Source of the DNA: a virus
Lineage: Duplodnaviria; Heunggongvirae; Uroviricota; Caudoviricetes; Peduoviridae
DNA: 31,694 nucleotides
Virus record (IMG/VR): IMGVR_UViG_3300045988_104496
Coordinates: 1 to 31,694 of that record
Direction: 5' to 3' (one strand)
Of the stretch, positions 1 to 9,334 are shown piece by piece. The notes under the pieces are model-generated. The model saw nothing but the letters and a program-made list of their open reading frames with translations. It was not told where the DNA came from and did not search any database. How positions within the stretch are numbered: the first letter of the stretch is position 1; every line of letters begins with the position of its first letter. A program made the position numbers and the translations under genes.

Positions 1-40
1 TATTACCCGATCTCGATGGAAGTTATTGAGTGATCTCCTT

Positions 41-229
41 TCATGAAAATACGCAGGGATAAAGCACACCGGCAAGCGTGATGTTTTCCTCACCCACACC
101 GAGAAACTGAAAGGCATCCCGTTTACCGATACGGGAATTTGACGGCCAGCGATAATCTGATTCACGCTGCATGGTCTGGTGTGGCAGCGTCTGGCGCATA
201 AAAACAAACATACCTAACGCGAGCATCAT
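41..229 (-). pseudogene. Probable tail gene U, N-terminal fragment only (62 codons then stop)
   Basis: Starts 14 nt downstream of the T stop in the same orientation, which is the position of U in P2. P2 gpU is about 159 aa from memory, but this frame stops after 62 codons and the sequence to the left does not continue any tail gene. I could not confirm identity by sequence recall. Confidence 0.35.
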
Positions 230-243
230 TGTTCGTCACCTCC

Positions 244-2691
244 TTAACCGTCATGCATCATGCTGGCACGGGCGCGCGCACGTTTATCCCGCTCGTATTT
301 TTCGAGTGCATCCTGTAACTGGCGGTCAAGCTGTGTCCCCGGCGCAGTACCACCCGTAAGGCTGATGTGATATTCGTTTTTACTCTGGTCTACATAAGAG
401 CGGCCAGCCGGTGCCGTGACCGGCTGATAAGCCTGATAGCCTGCATAAGAGCTGGTCGCCGGAATATACCCACCGGTGCCATACGTGGCGGCATGAGTCC
501 TTGCGGCGGTCTGGTCAAGTGTGTCTGACTCTTTGTTGATAACACCGAGTTTTTCCAGTACCCAGTCAATACCGCTGCGCAGTTTGTTGAACGCATTAAG
601 CGGCAGCATCAGCGCGTCAGCCAGTGCCTGCCCGAACATGACGCCCGTGTCACGGCAACGGTTCAGGGTGTCCCGGGTGGCTTTGACCGGGGCAATCAGG
701 TTTTTAAACCACTGCCACGCGGCCTGTAACTTTTCGCCCAGCCAGTCAAACACCGGCTTAAGTGGCGTGAACAGTTCCCCCACCGGCGCAAATGCCGCTT
801 TCAGCCCTTCCACCACACCGCCAAAGAATGCGCTGACAGGCTCCCAATATTTACGGATAAGCAACGCCCCGGCGACAATGGCGGCCACCACGGCCACAAC
901 CGGCCAGCTAATCGCCCCGATGGCCGTCATAACAGCACTGCCAACCGTCGTGAAGATTGCCCCCATTGCGCCTGCTGCCGCGATGATGGCATTGATGCCA
1001 GTGATAACCGGCCAGGCTACGAGGCCAATGGCACCGATGACAGCAGTCAGCGCCAGTGCACCACCGGCAATGAGGCCGATGGTTGACGCCAGTGATTTGT
1101 TTTTCTGTATCCAGCCGTCGAGTTTTAACACATACTTTGTGGCCGTCTGCGTGAGCTTACGCAGTGCGCCTTCCTGCTGGTCAAACAGGTCAGTCCCCAC
1201 CGCCTCATAAGCGGACTGAAACTCCTTAAAGTCACCGCCGAGGTTGTCCTGCATGATATTTACCAGCTCGGCGGTCTTCCCGTCTGAGGCTTTAAACGCA
1301 GCGGTCAGTTTGTCCAGCTTTCCAGTTGAGGCGGCAGTCATCAGCACGGCGGCGGCTGAGCTGGCCTCCTCCCCGAAAATGGTTTTCATGTATTCAGCCT
1401 GCTGGGCAGTACCGAGCCGGTTTTTCTCAAAACTGGCCTGCATTTCTTTCAGAATGGTAAATACTGGTCGGGTATTCCCCTTGCTGTCTGAGGTTTTCAC
1501 GCCAAGCTCTTTGAGTGCATCCCATGCTTTTCCCGTCGGTGCCTGCAGGCGGCTTAACACGGCACGGCTTCCCGTCCCCGCCATTGAACCTGTGATTTTT
1601 GCATCATGCAGCGCCCCGACCATTGCGGCGGTTTCTTCAATGCTGACACCGGCATTTTTTGCCACAGGTGCGGCATAGGTCAGCGCATCGCTCATGCCGT
1701 CAAAATCAGCGGCGGTTTTGTTCATCGTCATGGAGAGAACATCCCCGATATGAGCGACCTTATCGTTTGAAAGCTGAAAGGCGGATTTCATCCCCATCAG
1801 CAGGGCGGCGTTTTCTTCCATCGTGCGGCGGTTCGCCAGTGCCATATTCAGCGTGACCGGCGTTGCCGCCTGAATGGCATCAACATCCCCACCGGCTTTC
1901 GCAATGATAATCTGTGCACCGGCTGCATCATCCGCCGAGGCGGCGGTATTGTCGCCGAGCTGGCGCGCCTGTTTGCGTAGTGCGGTCATTTCGGCGGAGT
2001 CTTTTGCCACTCCGAGCACGGCCTGCAATTCTGAGTTTTTCTGCGCAAACTCATAACCGGGCATCAGCAGCTTAACTCCGGCCATCGTTCCCGCCGCCGC
2101 AATCCCCACACCGGCAGCACCCACTGAGGCCATATTTCCGGCCAGTTCCTTTCCGGCCTGATAACGCTGTTTTACTGCGTTAAGTTTTGCCTGTTGTGCA
2201 CTGACACGCGCCAGCGCGTCGCGCTGACGGTTAAGCTGTGCGGTGGTTTCACTGATACGGTTTTTCAGTCCCTGCTCATCATGTGCAAGATTGCGGGTAT
2301 TAATTCCCACAACGGCCAGTTCCCGCTGCTGGCGTTTAACGGAATCCGTCAGGCGGTTATATTTCGCCTGTAAGTCCTCCGCCGCACGCTTCGCGGATTC
2401 CAGCACTTTCGCCTGAGCACGTGTCGGACGTTCGGTGTTTTTAAACTGTGTGGCAAGGGCTTCGGCCTCCTGCCGTGCCTTTTCAAGTGCATGACCAGTC
2501 ACGGCGAGCTGTGCGCTGGTCTTGCGAAATCCCTCAATACGGGATGCGTGACCGTTCAGCTCGCGCAGTGATTTTTGTGTTTCCCGGATATCCCCCGACA
2601 GCGACCTGCTCGCTGTACGGATGGATTTAAACGGGCGGGATGCCTGGTCAACAGCCCTGAGCAATACCTGTAATTTTACATTGTTACTCAT
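244..2691 (-). CDS. T: Tail tape measure protein (P2 gpT-like)
   Basis: 815-aa ORF, the same length as P2 gpT, with coiled-coil N-terminal region and Ala/Gly-rich hydrophobic central segments typical of tape measure proteins. Lies downstream of E and E+E' as in P2. Confidence 0.9.
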   Translation of the reverse strand: MSNNVKLQVLLRAVDQASRPFKSIRTASRSLSGDIRETQKSLRELNGHASRIEGFRKTSAQLAVTGHALEKARQEAEALATQFKNTERPTRAQAKVLESAKRAAEDLQAKYNRLTDSVKRQQRELAVVGINTRNLAHDEQGLKNRISETTAQLNRQRDALARVSAQQAKLNAVKQRYQAGKELAGNMASVGAAGVGIAAAGTMAGVKLLMPGYEFAQKNSELQAVLGVAKDSAEMTALRKQARQLGDNTAASADDAAGAQIIIAKAGGDVDAIQAATPVTLNMALANRRTMEENAALLMGMKSAFQLSNDKVAHIGDVLSMTMNKTAADFDGMSDALTYAAPVAKNAGVSIEETAAMVGALHDAKITGSMAGTGSRAVLSRLQAPTGKAWDALKELGVKTSDSKGNTRPVFTILKEMQASFEKNRLGTAQQAEYMKTIFGEEASSAAAVLMTAASTGKLDKLTAAFKASDGKTAELVNIMQDNLGGDFKEFQSAYEAVGTDLFDQQEGALRKLTQTATKYVLKLDGWIQKNKSLASTIGLIAGGALALTAVIGAIGLVAWPVITGINAIIAAAGAMGAIFTTVGSAVMTAIGAISWPVVAVVAAIVAGALLIRKYWEPVSAFFGGVVEGLKAAFAPVGELFTPLKPVFDWLGEKLQAAWQWFKNLIAPVKATRDTLNRCRDTGVMFGQALADALMLPLNAFNKLRSGIDWVLEKLGVINKESDTLDQTAARTHAATYGTGGYIPATSSYAGYQAYQPVTAPAGRSYVDQSKNEYHISLTGGTAPGTQLDRQLQDALEKYERDKRARARASMMHDG

Positions 2692-3111
2692 TCGTGTTTC
2701 CGCTTCGCCGGAGCGCCTTTTCGCGCCATGTGATGAGTTCGGTCAGGCTCATGGGATACAGTTCTGATGGCGGCCAGTGAAATATCACTGCCACATCCGC
2801 CATCAGGTCATCGACCGAGAGATTTTTCGGAAACGTCACTGCACCGAGTTCGGCGACAAAAAACCGACCACCTTACCGGCCAGCGCCACAAGGTCAGGCA
2901 GTTCCAGCGCGGCGACTTCCTGCTCGGTCAGCATCGGTGCCGTCATGCGCGGCAGCACTTTAATCAGTGCATCGACTTCGGAGTTCGCGACTGCAGCCAG
3001 ACTGACACCGCGCAGCGTCCCGGCATTGGGTTTCATCAGCGTGACCTGTTCGATAACCTGCTCACCACGTTTGACCGGATTGTCCAGGGTAATGACGTTT
3101 TCTTTGTTCAT
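2684..3111 (-). CDS. E+E': gpE+E' frameshift product (programmed -1 frameshift at TTTTTTG, 2857..2863)
   Basis: Slippery heptamer T_TTT_TTG on the minus strand at 2857..2863. The -1 frame stays open to a TAA at 2684..2686 overlapping the T start, giving about 142 aa, the size I recall for P2 E+E'. Confidence 0.55.
2836..3111 (-). CDS. E: Tail assembly chaperone gpE
   Basis: 91-aa ORF between FII and T, matching P2 gpE size and position. It ends just after a T_TTT_TTG slippery heptamer. Confidence 0.85.
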   Translation of the reverse strand: MNKENVITLDNPVKRGEQVIEQVTLMKPNAGTLRGVSLAAVANSEVDALIKVLPRMTAPMLTEQEVAALELPDLVALAGKVVGFLSPNSVQ

Positions 3112-3138
3112 GGTTTTCTCACTTCTGAATCGGGGTTA

Positions 3139-3161
3139 ACCGGTCAGCCAGGCTGACCGGA
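3139..3161 (-). other. Perfect 10-bp inverted repeat (ccggtcagcc a ggctgaccgg) between FII and E
   Basis: Read directly from the sequence; no adjacent U/T tract, so not a classical terminator. Possibly an intercistronic mRNA stem-loop. Confidence 0.4.
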
Positions 3162-3167
3162 TGAAAA

Positions 3168-3686
3168 TCACAGGCCGATATTGCGGCGGTGTTGCTCCAG
3201 CCGGTCGACGCCGTTCACCTTCTCAATCATGTTGATGGTGTCGATTTCGACCAGCTCCTTACCGTCCATCGTCAGCCGGAAATAGGTGCAGACCACGGAG
3301 ATTTTCGACTCGGTGTCTTCTCCCTGTTTGCCCTCGCCGGTGTCGATTTCTTTCTGACGTCCACGCATGACCACCTCGACGGCCACCGTTTCGCCGGTAT
3401 CGTCGCGCTGGTAAGAGCCTGCAAAACGAATCGGTACGGCATCCACACCGGTTGCGGCGTAAAGCTCCCAGATAACCGAATCCGGGAAGCCACCGAGCGA
3501 CCACTCCATTGACAGCGCATCGTCATCAAGGCCGAGGTCTACCGGTGCGCTGCCGTTCATCCCCGCACCGCGATAGTTTTCGAGCTTACGGGTCAGTTTT
3601 GGCAGCGTGACGGACTTCGCGACGCCCTGATAGCTGTAGCCGTTCAGAAAGACGTTCATTAACTTGAGTTTGCGCGGCATTGCCAT
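3168..3686 (-). CDS. FII: Tail tube protein (P2 gpFII-like)
   Basis: 172-aa ORF, P2 FII size, immediately downstream of the sheath gene. Confidence 0.9.
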   Translation of the reverse strand: MAMPRKLKLMNVFLNGYSYQGVAKSVTLPKLTRKLENYRGAGMNGSAPVDLGLDDDALSMEWSLGGFPDSVIWELYAATGVDAVPIRFAGSYQRDDTGETVAVEVVMRGRQKEIDTGEGKQGEDTESKISVVCTYFRLTMDGKELVEIDTINMIEKVNGVDRLEQHRRNIGL

Positions 3687-3698
3687 CGGTCAGGCTCC

Positions 3699-4889
3699 TT
3701 AATTGCTGTTAACCGAGGTGACCAGATTTGCCAGGTATTTATCGGTAATACGCTGGCGCAGGGTCAGGTTTTCGAGAGGAGGCACCGGTGTATAGTCGTA
3801 GTCGATATACAGTTTTCCGGCCTTGAGGGTTTCCGCATCGTTGGATTCTTCGCTGAACCAGCAGGTCGCATCCACGATATAGCCGTTTGTTTTCAGCTCA
3901 CGGAATTTGGCATTAATGCCGTCAACGATGTCGCGAATCAGCGTTGCGGTGATGGGCTTATCCACAGCCCACATGTGCGCCTCAGCCATCGTGTCGGCCA
4001 GCACCTGCGCAGTGCGGGTGTAGTTCTCAAAGAGGAACAGCGGGTCATCAGAGCAGGTACGGTTACCCCAGAAGCGGAAACCGTCGCGGCGAATCAGCGT
4101 TGTGACGCCTGCCTCGTTCAGCAGGTCAGCATCGGTGCCGGACTCCTGCAAATCCCAGAATACAGATGCGCTGATGCCGGTAACACCGTTCACCCCGACG
4201 TTGGACAGCGTTTTATGCCAGCCCTGCTCCTGGTCGATTTTAGCACGCAGCCCCAGCGCACGGGCGGTGGCATACGCGGTGGCGGTGGTACTGGCGACCG
4301 TATCCCATGCGAGGAAATCCGGCCAGATGACCATCAGCTCACGCTGGCTGAAATTCTGGCGGTAGGCTTTCACCTCGGAAATGGTTTTACAGCCCCATGC
4401 GCTGATATACCCGAAAGCGCGCAGCTTCTGACAGACTGATGCCAGTGCAACAGCCACCTCTTTGGTGTCCAGTCCCGGCACGCCGAGAATACGCGGTTTA
4501 ACACCGGTTACCGACTCCGCCGCCAGCAGGGCTTTCAGTCCGGTGTACTGACCGTTTTCGTCGGTGGTGCCGATGATATTGGAAACGGTCTGCGCGAGTT
4601 TCGTTTCTTCGTCTTCGCCGGTGCCGTCTTCCACACGCACGACAACGGTGACCGGTTTTGACTGGTCGGCGATGGCCTGTAACGATGCCGCCAGCGTGCC
4701 TTTTTTACCGGCCTTTGCAATTGCGCTCTGGGCATTGGTAATCAGCACAGGTTTATTGAGGGGGAAGGTTTCCGCATCCGCATCGCTGGCCGTGCAGACC
4801 ATGCCGACAATGGCAGTGGATACGGTGGAAATGACGCGGGTGCCGTCGTTAATCTCCAGCACCTGCACGCCATGATGATAGTCACTCAT
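3699..4889 (-). CDS. FI: Contractile tail sheath protein (P2 gpFI-like)
   Basis: 396-aa ORF, P2 FI size, first gene of the FI-FII-E-T block. Confidence 0.9.
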   Translation of the reverse strand: MSDYHHGVQVLEINDGTRVISTVSTAIVGMVCTASDADAETFPLNKPVLITNAQSAIAKAGKKGTLAASLQAIADQSKPVTVVVRVEDGTGEDEETKLAQTVSNIIGTTDENGQYTGLKALLAAESVTGVKPRILGVPGLDTKEVAVALASVCQKLRAFGYISAWGCKTISEVKAYRQNFSQRELMVIWPDFLAWDTVASTTATAYATARALGLRAKIDQEQGWHKTLSNVGVNGVTGISASVFWDLQESGTDADLLNEAGVTTLIRRDGFRFWGNRTCSDDPLFLFENYTRTAQVLADTMAEAHMWAVDKPITATLIRDIVDGINAKFRELKTNGYIVDATCWFSEESNDAETLKAGKLYIDYDYTPVPPLENLTLRQRITDKYLANLVTSVNSN

Positions 4890-4984
4890 CCGTTTAACTC
4901 CGTGGTTAATGGGTGCAACTATTTTCTGTTGTGCAGAGCATGAGACGCTATTTGACCTGGCTGGTCAGTGGATGAAACAACAGA

Positions 4985-5012
4985 TAAAGAAAAGGCGGGC
5001 AATTCGCCCGCC
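4985..5012 (-). terminator. Rho-independent terminator on the minus strand
   Basis: Minus strand reads GGCGGGC-gaatt-GCCCGCC followed by TTTTCTTT. Lies downstream of the low-GC accessory ORF and upstream of the FI start. Confidence 0.6.
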
Positions 5013-5218
5013 TGTCCTGATTTGAACTCACTCATTTTCCGACTGACAATTTACATAGCCCAAAAGTTATCAAATCTGACGGTCTGCTTTGAACAAGAAG
5101 CGGACATTTGCCTGTCAGGGTATATACCGCTCTGCGGTTATTATCCAGAATCAATAATTCATCTGAGTTGGATTACATATAAAACATAGTTACCCCATGA
5201 ATAACCATTAGCAGATTA

Positions 5219-5812
5219 TCAATTATGTAAATCTTTTGTTTTATGTTCTTTGGTGTGTTGTGACAACAAATGGCTATAGCGTTTAAGCAAAATATTAGAA
5301 AGATTAAGCTCATTCATGAAGTGTTCTTCTAATAAGTAACCATCAATATCAACTTTAATATCATTACCACTTTTCATCTTCTGTAACGTAGATTTTACAC
5401 GCTCCAGCAGGATGCTTTGCTCATGGTAATAGTCCATAAGAAGAGTAACATCCTCTTTATCAAGCTTACTTAATTCGCTGAAGTAGGATTTAAACACTTT
5501 ATCAGTCTGGTTTAATGCAATCTGTAAGCGAGGCCCCCCTAATGATTTGACATTAATGGCAAAAGGCTCGCCAACAAAATGCTCCGAATTTTCGTCAAAG
5601 CCAATATATCTCGTTTTATCAAGAAAAGTGAGAGCGCGATGGTTATTAGCGATTTCATATGCAAACATTGTTCTGATACTGTCCCTCTCAGCCTCCATAG
5701 TTATATCATCACGATGATTTGTATAAAATATATTTCCAACAAAGAGAACCATAGCAAGAATCACTGAACTTGCCTCCCAGTTAATATTTTTTAATCGTCG
5801 CTTAGTAAACAT
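5219..5812 (-). CDS. Low-GC accessory (moron) protein at the P2 Z/fun position; predicted single-pass membrane protein of unknown function
   Basis: 197-aa ORF with an AAGGTG Shine-Dalgarno 4 nt before the ATG. N-terminus is a basic stretch (KRRLK) followed by a hydrophobic helix (SSVILAMVLFVGNIFY). The gene and its flanks (about 4890..6033) are markedly AT-rich compared with the neighbouring tail genes. Sits between G and FI, where P2 carries Z/fun. Confidence 0.6.
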   Translation of the reverse strand: MFTKRRLKNINWEASSVILAMVLFVGNIFYTNHRDDITMEAERDSIRTMFAYEIANNHRALTFLDKTRYIGFDENSEHFVGEPFAINVKSLGGPRLQIALNQTDKVFKSYFSELSKLDKEDVTLLMDYYHEQSILLERVKSTLQKMKSGNDIKVDIDGYLLEEHFMNELNLSNILLKRYSHLLSQHTKEHKTKDLHN

Positions 5813-6033
5813 ACCGCACCTTAATTATCAAAAATATTCCTTCAGTGTTATCTGGTTAGCCTAAACCAAGTCATTAAAGTCTGCAGGATATCATATACAT
5901 AAAATGTATTGATTAGAATTTGCACTAATAAAATAATGCTTTACTAAAATCTACTCCAGACACAGAGCGGCCTGTCAGATTAGGCTTTACTCTGTGCCAT
6001 AGATATGTTTGCTCACTCCAGAGATCATACAAC

Positions 6034-6561
6034 TTATTGCGGCATTTCCGGCCATTCAGGATTTGCAGGATCCACACGACTGACCAGAACGCTGTAACGC
6101 TCCCATGCATCCAGTCGGCTACGCTCCTCATCTGTTGCCATGTTCAGTCTGACCGCGCGCTCCAGCGGCAAAATCACGGATTCAGCATCTGCAAGAAGTC
6201 TGGCTTTCCGGTTTTCTGCCTGCTGCAGCAATTCCTCTGCCGTATAAATGCGTTTAATCACTTTGCCGTCCTTAAACATCCAGTTCCCTGAAATGTCCGC
6301 CCGTCGGTTAGCAGTAATATCCGCCACTTCAACAACACTTAATCCATCCGGTCTGATAGCTGTCACATCCTTTTCCACATAGCGGATGATATTATCTTTG
6401 TCGTACGCTATTTTTAGCGTGTCATCAGCAAAATACTTTTGTTCTTCGTACCAGTTCTTACCATCTTCTGAAAAAAACCAGACAACATCAAAGTCTTTTG
6501 TCAATTGATATTGTTCAACCGTTTTTGGATTACCCGCCGTAATATTTTTTAAATGCTGCAT
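6034..6561 (-). CDS. G: Tail fiber assembly chaperone (P2 gpG / Tfa-like)
   Basis: 175-aa ORF directly downstream of the tail fiber gene, ending in the Tfa-type C-terminus (...[11 protein letters not shown]). Confidence 0.85.
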   Translation of the reverse strand: MQHLKNITAGNPKTVEQYQLTKDFDVVWFFSEDGKNWYEEQKYFADDTLKIAYDKDNIIRYVEKDVTAIRPDGLSVVEVADITANRRADISGNWMFKDGKVIKRIYTAEELLQQAENRKARLLADAESVILPLERAVRLNMATDEERSRLDAWERYSVLVSRVDPANPEWPEMPQ

Positions 6562-6564
6562 AAA

Positions 6565-9324
6565 TTATACCTGCGCCACGTTATACCATGTCCCGTTAAT
6601 GTATTTCTGAACCGGTCTGTAATATACACCACCAATGTTATCGGCAGAGTTTGAGCCGGTATCCTGAACAATAATGCCGGAATATACACACCCGGACGGT
6701 GCCTGATGTGTCCATGTCATGCCATTGTTCGCAGGTTTGTATGTGGCAGCACCACCAAGCCGGATATCCCGGACATAGCGGGAATCAAAGTTACCGTAAT
6801 CCGAGGGATTAACACGCCCCGTAATATTTATGGTTTTATTACTTTGAATACTTCCCGAGACAAAGCGCATAACATGGACGCTATTAGCATAAACATCCAG
6901 ATTACCATCACCATTTTGTTTAAAGCCCGTGTCATTATCACCCAAAACAATCGAATTACCGCCAAGAGCACTGGATGTTCCTATACCCAGAGCACCATTC
7001 AATTGACCACCAGATAACGGCAGTGCACCGACATCTCCCGCTGTAGGTTTTCGCGTTGTGGTATAAAACTCAGACCAGTCAGCCTCGAATCCGTAACCGT
7101 CACGAGCAGAACGATAAAAAATACCGCCGTTCTTATAATTAACGCGGAACTGGGCGGCGGGACAACTTCCTTCACCGATATTAAAATGAAGAATTAACGT
7201 TGATGCCCCACCAGTAGTTGCGTTATAGGCTCCGCTACTCCAGTTCCACCCAACGGCTTTATCATTCGCAACGGTGTCTCCTGTTTTTCCTGAAGCAAAT
7301 GCACCAATATTTTTCGGCGTCAGGTTAATATCTGATGTTCCATCAAACGAAACGTTATTAATTTTACGGGCTGTTTTCAGCTTTGTTGCTGTCGCCGCAT
7401 TGCCGGACAGTTCACCAGAAAGGCCAGCACTGAATGTCTGTTTCGCGCCCCATGTCTGGGCTTCGTCAATGATTGGTACTCGTCTTGCTGTGATCGTGCG
7501 GCTTCCCGGATTTCCTGAAATACGCACCATAAAAAATCGGTAGTTCGCTTTACTTACAGTGCTGCGCCATACATGCATTGAGCGCCCCGTACCGGAATCA
7601 TCACTCGGACCAACTGCGATGTTTATCAGGTTGCCATCAATGACGCCCCAGTCCATACCGTCGGGAATATTGGTCATATTATCCAGCCTAACGGTTATCA
7701 GACTGCCCGGCACAAAATCGTAGGTCTGCCAGTCCAGGCTGGTGAGCTTTGCCACAGCACCGCCGATACCCAGATTCAGGGGAAGTGAATACGAGGTGTA
7801 GACTTCCCGCCATTCGCTCCATGAGCTGCCGGTAAAGACGCGCTCAAAGGTGCGGCCTTTAAGGGTTGTACCTGTTCCGGCAGTTGTATAACGCTGCCAT
7901 ACATTAACACCATCAAACCGCCTCAACACTTCCAGAATGCCGAGTACAGTCACGCCGTTTCCGTCCAGTACTGGACCGTTGGTCGCTTTACCTGTAACGC
8001 TGTAAATACCTGGTGAGGTTACATCATTCAAATCACCTTCGTAATAACGACTCTCTGACTGATGACCGACTCTTAACCACGGTTCCCACTGCGGATTTGA
8101 TGCATCCCAGCTTGCCGCAAGGCAGCGGACATACATATTTCCACGGCGAGTGGTATAACGTTGCGTTCTTCCATAATTTCCGCCTTCGAGGATCTCAAGC
8201 ATCCCCTGAGCAAAGCCGCCTTCCTCTGGATAATTGCGTTCATATGAAGCTATAGCCGAGCTACTGTTACGCCATAAACCAAGATGTTCGGCGGCTCCAA
8301 GCGTATTCAGGTCTATAGTCGTACTCAAAGGGCGGGTAGCTGATTGAGTGTGACGCCATATGCCCCACGGACCATCAGAGCCATTCCACTTATTGGCGAG
8401 TCTGCGTATGTATACATTGCCGTCTCTCGTGGTGAAGCGTTGCGTACCTGCAAAATTGCCGGCAGCAAAAACCTCAAGCACACCGACAGCATTATCTTCC
8501 GGGAAATTTTTCTCCAGTGTTGCGTTAGTTGAGGTAGTTTTAGACCAGATTCCCAGATAAGCCTTAACGGGACCAAATGTATTCAGATCAGCATCAAGCG
8601 GCATTTCGCCATTGTTTTTCATAAACGTCAGGCTGGTAACGCCAACATTGTCCAGAAAAGCGTCCTTATCTGGAATATCGCCACCGTTCTGGTCTTTCTG
8701 CAGACGTTTCTCAGCATTGTCATAGGCTGCTTTTACTGCCTTTGGCGTTGCAGCCTGCTTTTCACTGGTGCTGTTTGTTGCACTGCTTAACTGAGTAAAA
8801 CCTTTTTCTGTCAGCGTGGCGTCAGGATGGCGGCGGGACTGCTCATGCTCTGCGATTTTGTCATCGACGTAATCCTGCGTCGCCATCACTGTGCTGGCAT
8901 CAATACTCAGCTCAACGGACGCCACGTTGCTGAGAATAATAACCATGCGGCAGGTCTGCGCACGTCCGGAGCCTTCAGCCAGTTCTGGCTTATAGCTTTC
9001 TGCCATGTTGGATACCGCAATCAGTGTTCCGGCATCGTCATACAGACCAAGCTCACGCATCCAGAAGCCGCCCACTTCTGGCGGAACAACCAGTTCAGCC
9101 ACGATATAGTTTTTATTCTTGTTATCCACACTGACTTTATTCAGTGCATGACGCCAGACTTCATGCACCAGTTTCGTCTGACCGGCATCCGGCACCGGCA
9201 ATTGGCCATTACCGTCACCCACAGCCATTGCAGACAGGTTTACTTTTTTCCCGCCGGGAACAGTGGCGGCTGCCAGCTTCGCGGCTCCGGCAGTAGTGAT
9301 AACGGTTTTAAATTTCGTGCTCAT
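6565..9324 (-). CDS. H: Tail fiber protein (P2 gpH-like N-terminus, divergent extended C-terminal receptor-binding region)
   Basis: 919-aa ORF. N-terminus MSTKFKTVITTAGAAKLAAATVPGG... is P2 H-like. The central part has three tandem repeats of about 80 aa sharing L..EVL/ILEG..N.G.TQRYTTR.G..Y.R. A GNAATATKL motif typical of long tail fibers is present. P2 gpH is about 669 aa from memory, so this one is longer and mosaic. Confidence 0.9.
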   Translation of the reverse strand: MSTKFKTVITTAGAAKLAAATVPGGKKVNLSAMAVGDGNGQLPVPDAGQTKLVHEVWRHALNKVSVDNKNKNYIVAELVVPPEVGGFWMRELGLYDDAGTLIAVSNMAESYKPELAEGSGRAQTCRMVIILSNVASVELSIDASTVMATQDYVDDKIAEHEQSRRHPDATLTEKGFTQLSSATNSTSEKQAATPKAVKAAYDNAEKRLQKDQNGGDIPDKDAFLDNVGVTSLTFMKNNGEMPLDADLNTFGPVKAYLGIWSKTTSTNATLEKNFPEDNAVGVLEVFAAGNFAGTQRFTTRDGNVYIRRLANKWNGSDGPWGIWRHTQSATRPLSTTIDLNTLGAAEHLGLWRNSSSAIASYERNYPEEGGFAQGMLEILEGGNYGRTQRYTTRRGNMYVRCLAASWDASNPQWEPWLRVGHQSESRYYEGDLNDVTSPGIYSVTGKATNGPVLDGNGVTVLGILEVLRRFDGVNVWQRYTTAGTGTTLKGRTFERVFTGSSWSEWREVYTSYSLPLNLGIGGAVAKLTSLDWQTYDFVPGSLITVRLDNMTNIPDGMDWGVIDGNLINIAVGPSDDSGTGRSMHVWRSTVSKANYRFFMVRISGNPGSRTITARRVPIIDEAQTWGAKQTFSAGLSGELSGNAATATKLKTARKINNVSFDGTSDINLTPKNIGAFASGKTGDTVANDKAVGWNWSSGAYNATTGGASTLILHFNIGEGSCPAAQFRVNYKNGGIFYRSARDGYGFEADWSEFYTTTRKPTAGDVGALPLSGGQLNGALGIGTSSALGGNSIVLGDNDTGFKQNGDGNLDVYANSVHVMRFVSGSIQSNKTINITGRVNPSDYGNFDSRYVRDIRLGGAATYKPANNGMTWTHQAPSGCVYSGIIVQDTGSNSADNIGGVYYRPVQKYINGTWYNVAQV
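7790..8580 (-). repeat. Three tandem intragenic repeats (about 80 aa each) within the tail fiber gene
   Basis: Seen in the translated ORF: ...GTQRFTTRDGNVYIRRL...W, ...GRTQRYTTRRGNMYVRCL...W, ...VWQRYTTAGTGTTLKGRTFERV...W. Coordinates are approximate. Confidence 0.6.
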
Positions 9325-9334
9325 TGTTTCTCAC

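Noticed and set aside
521-1678. Plus-strand ORFs of 229 and 144 aa inside the tape measure gene
   Set aside because: Antisense to a well-supported 815-aa gene; Ala/Ser/Thr-rich low-complexity translation typical of reading a GC-rich gene backwards.
4968-5189. 73-aa plus-strand ORF in the AT-rich spacer between FI and the accessory gene
   Set aside because: No Shine-Dalgarno; it overlaps the minus-strand terminator and promoter region, and long open frames arise by chance in AT-rich DNA.
5925-6131. 68-aa minus-strand ORF overlapping the 3' end of G
   Set aside because: Overlaps the G coding region in another frame and has no independent support.
6034-9324. Invertible tail-fiber segment (Mu G / P1 C style host-range switch)
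   Set aside because: There is only one tail fiber assembly gene, no oppositely oriented alternative fiber C-terminus, and no gin/cin-type invertase nearby.
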